Source of the DNA: Oikopleura dioica
Lineage: Eukaryota; Animalia; Chordata
Length of the DNA stretch: 64,000 nt
NCBI GenBank assembly: GCA_907165135.1
Contig: OU015568.1
Coordinates: 14,198,001 to 14,262,000 of the forward strand
Reading direction: 5' to 3'
The notes below the pieces were generated by a model that saw nothing but the letters and a program-made list of their open reading frames with translations, was not told the origin of the DNA and did not search any database. The number at the start of each line of letters is the position of its first letter. The first letter of the stretch is position 1. Both the position numbers and the translations under genes were made by a program. Below, piece by piece: positions 60,801 through 64,000 of the stretch.

Positions 60801-62980
60801 ACGCCGCTGCTCAGCAACTCCTAAACAGAACTCGAAAATAGAAGTCGACTTCTTTTTCAAAGTGAGGGGAAACTCGGACGGCATTTTCCGATGAGAGACA
60901 TCGCGTCTGCCGAATTCGAGACTCGTCATCGGCCACATGTTATGCGTGATGCCGTAGTTTGGCAAGTTTTCAATTTGATAGCGTTCGAGTGCGATATCAA
61001 TCGGATTCTTGTTTGAAAGCATTATGACCTGGCACTTTTGGTCTCCAGTTGCGGTCAAGCCAAACTCGATCTTTGAAGAGTTGCTGTTGATGGAAGGATC
61101 GGGAATCGAGACTTGATAGTTCACCAGACCGTAGTAAAATAATAGATCGTAATTAAATACACTAAAGCAATACTTTTAAATCGAAGATCAAGTTCAAACG
61201 AACCTGGCATTGGTGTGAATATTTATTTGGGTCTCGATCGTTCTATCCTCTGGACAATCAATTTGTTTGATCGTTTCATTCCATTTACAGTGAGCGAGCT
61301 CAATCTCAAAGAACTCACTTTCTTCACCAGACTTGAGAATCCGCGAGTCCTGTAAATACCGGATCTTGAAGGCATTCTCGCGATCGGGATCGTCCCTGTC
61401 GTAGTCGACATCGATTTTGCTGATGAAGATGGGCTCATCCATTGTGTTTTTGATGGTAATCTTGCGAACTTTTTCTTGCGTCTCGCGAATTTCAGAAAGC
61501 AGGAATTTCAACTGACTTTGCTCAAGTTCCAGCTCGCCTCGTAAGATCCGAGCTTGCCAAGGACTAAAAAGTGTCATCAACAGATAATTATTGCTTGTCT
61601 TACATTTCTAAGTCCCTATAAATCATATTCGGGCGCCAGTGAAGCCTGAGAAGGCCACTGAAAAACGATTTTCCTGTAGCAAAGGCCTCGTCGTACAAAA
61701 ACGTAGCGTTGCCCAAGAGAGCTTCTTGGCCAGCGTCGGGGATTTTCATCGAGTTTTTCATATTGAGCTTTATAGATTTTTCTGAAAAAAAAATCAGGCA
61801 GATCATCAAAGAATTGATGACTTACGAACTACAGGAAGTTGTCGAATCCAGTCAAAAGTAACGGAATCGTTGATGCCTACGTTCCGAATAATAATCGGTT
61901 TCTTAACGGATTTCATCGATTCATGAACAATCCCAAAGTCCAGCATCCATTCTTTCGGATAAACCGCTGGAACATTTGAAACTTCTACATCGAACGGAAA
62001 AATCAGTTTTAACGGCGGCTTCTTTTCACAAGGCATCGTCCGATTTACCTGAATCATTTATAAAGACCCCGGCTGAGAGTCCTATTTCTTACTGTAAAAC
62101 GGACGAAAGCTGACTGTAGCCCGGTATAATTTTTTTCAATAAATACTGCCGTCGCAATGTGCTTTTCTTCATTGGGGAAGACCGTCAGTTCTTTTTTCTT
62201 GACCCTAGCACCGGACTTGTTGAGAAGAATTTGTACTCGTGGTGAGCTCGAATAAAGCTCCGTGACTTGAAGGGGACATTCTTCTGGGTTGTAGAGCGAG
62301 AGTTTATAGCTTTGTCGCTCTCCAAGGGGAATTTTCGTGTTCAAAAAAGTTGGCAAACGGTACGGATTTGAAGTTGCTACGCCAAAAAGCTAAAAAAATA
62401 GGTAAGATATGAGAGAAGCGAGATAGACTTACAGGGTAGGGTAGGGTTAATTTTGAAGTTCCAGTGTTGATAAAAAGTGTTTGCTCGACGTTTCCGATCT
62501 TTCTCGGGAGGAAAATGACCTCAAAAGTCACTGCTTCATGGGGTTGAAGTTTTCGCTGCTTAGGGGGAACTATTGAAAAGTATTTGTTGGGTGAGTCTAT
62601 CGAGCTGATGTCCACAACTTCGTCGTCGTGCATGTTGATGATGCGGACTTCTTTTTTGACTTCCAAGCCCAAGTGAGTGTTTCCAAAGTCCAGGAAGGGT
62701 GGATCAAAGCGAACCCACATCCCTATTATCCCAATATTTTCTGGTCGCAAAATCTACCTACCTTTGTAAGGAACTTTCTCGCTTTGTTTGATGTAGGGCA
62801 TATTTTTAGGAATAGGAATGGCTCCTTGCTCCATAAACTGATTATTCGACACATAATGGCCAATGTTGGGGGAGATGATTCGTTGTTCGTGTGGGGGGTT
62901 GTCAAAAGCAACGTAACGCTGCTCTGGAGGGGGAGTGTTGGGGGTGAGGGGAAACTTGGAGTAGTGAACTTGTACTTCAT
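57834..62980 (-). CDS. TMEM131: Transmembrane protein 131 (RW1) homolog
   Basis: VRFDPPFLDFG...VIFLPRKIGNVEQTLFINT, FGVATSNPYRLPTFL, LYNPEECPLQVTELYSS, LLLRNNLTVLEPIRLMG, TM IIVAMMWLLLFGIIIMGY and a low-complexity cytosolic tail. A short extra terminal exon to about 57779 is possible. Confidence 0.92.
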
Positions 62981-63672
62981 CGTAGTTTTGTCCTAAAGAA
63001 TCTGTTTGAATGTTTCTTTTCTGATTATTATATAAATTGTATTTATATATTTACATATAGCCTATTTGCCTATATTGTGGCCGTTTGCTAACGACAAAAG
63101 AAGTAATATCGATATCATTGCTGTATTTGCCATTTCTCATTGTTTTTCTAAACAAAATCGTTAAAAAATATTCAATTTCTTTAAATTTTAAATATAATTA
63201 TTATCAAAGGTATTTTGGTTTAAACAGAATGAGATTTGTTTGTTTCGCACTTATTTAAAAAAGCTATATATTGAGGGATTGTTATCGATAAAGAATCAAA
63301 AAGCGGAATAATATCAGTCATTTCGGGAGCTGGGGAAGCGAGCTCGAGGGATTTTATTTGTCATTGAAACTTAAAAGAACGATATCATCAGTTTTATAAA
63401 CAAAATTAGTTTTGGGAAGAAGCTTGGCATTGTTAATATAAATAAATAAAAACAGCATGAGCTACATCAACAGTGGTGTAACAGTAGTAAACAAAAATGA
63501 AAGAAACATAAGCGCAAGAAATAGATATAACAGACTCGGCAAATTTTACAGGCGCTATTGCTAGACCTTAAACTTTGAACAGAAGTGAGTCAGTAATTAC
63601 ATTTGAAATCAAGAAACATAAGCATAAACATAGTCTAAAATCGAGGTACATAGATATTGGATAGTAGTGGAA

Positions 63673-64000
63673 CTAGTTGTTGATAAAAAGTAAGGGGAAC
63701 ATGCCAATTAGACAGCCGATGATGATCCCCATTGCTTGACCGGTCGCTTTTGAAAGGCGCGCCTAAAATTATTCATTCGACTCCAGTTTGATTGCTTTCT
63801 CTGTTACGTACTCTAGTGTGGTTCAGTTGAGCTTGGGAAAGGTCCGGAACAGGAAGGCCCATTCGCAACGCTAGAACTTCCACATAGCCGGCGAGACCGA
63901 TTCCGCAGACGTCGGAAATTGTGTTTCCAAGGGCGGCGCAGGCCATCACTGACAGATGCATCGTAGCTCCAATTTGCGTTTCAATCAAGTCACCAGCCAG
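63673..64000 (-). CDS. TMEM65: Transmembrane protein 65, C-terminal part (5' end outside window)
   Basis: IETQIG...MACAALGNTISDVCGIGLAGYVEVLALRMGLPVPDL / ARLSKATGQAMGIIIGCLIGMFPLLF*. Confidence 0.9.

Overview
Gene-dense eukaryotic animal DNA with very short introns (mostly 30-90 nt), several non-canonical GA-AG introns and tight same-strand gene runs. This strongly suggests the appendicularian tunicate Oikopleura dioica (inferred from architecture, not from a database match). Genes recognised by manual translation and splicing: a type-B carboxylesterase (5' part), a small secreted disulfide-ring peptide precursor, a calmodulin-like EF-hand protein, a 10-kb Meis TALE-homeobox locus, glycogenin, a kinase-less Citron, USP6NL/RN-tre TBC GAP, PRPF38A, RACGAP1, a TSP1-TM protein, a J-domain protein, an annexin, a natriuretic-receptor-type guanylyl cyclase, two inverted paralogous secreted Cys-rich/Kelch genes flanking a carbohydrate sulfotransferase, mitochondrial aconitase, TMEM131 and TMEM65 (3' part). 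The main oddities: (1) two non-autonomous CAGGG...CCCTG DNA transposons with target-site duplications, one inside a conserved exon of the essential splicing factor PRPF38A and one exactly at a sulfotransferase splice donor, both offering in-frame splice rescue (candidate intron birth in progress); (2) a glycogenin with a spliced-on C-terminal transmembrane tail anchor; (3) a 67-aa prepropeptide ending in a Cys-ring; (4) a receptor guanylyl cyclase lacking the catalytic Asn/Arg; (5) a frameshift at an A_AAA_AAG run in Citron. Gene coordinates are spans including introns, and several exon boundaries are approximate.
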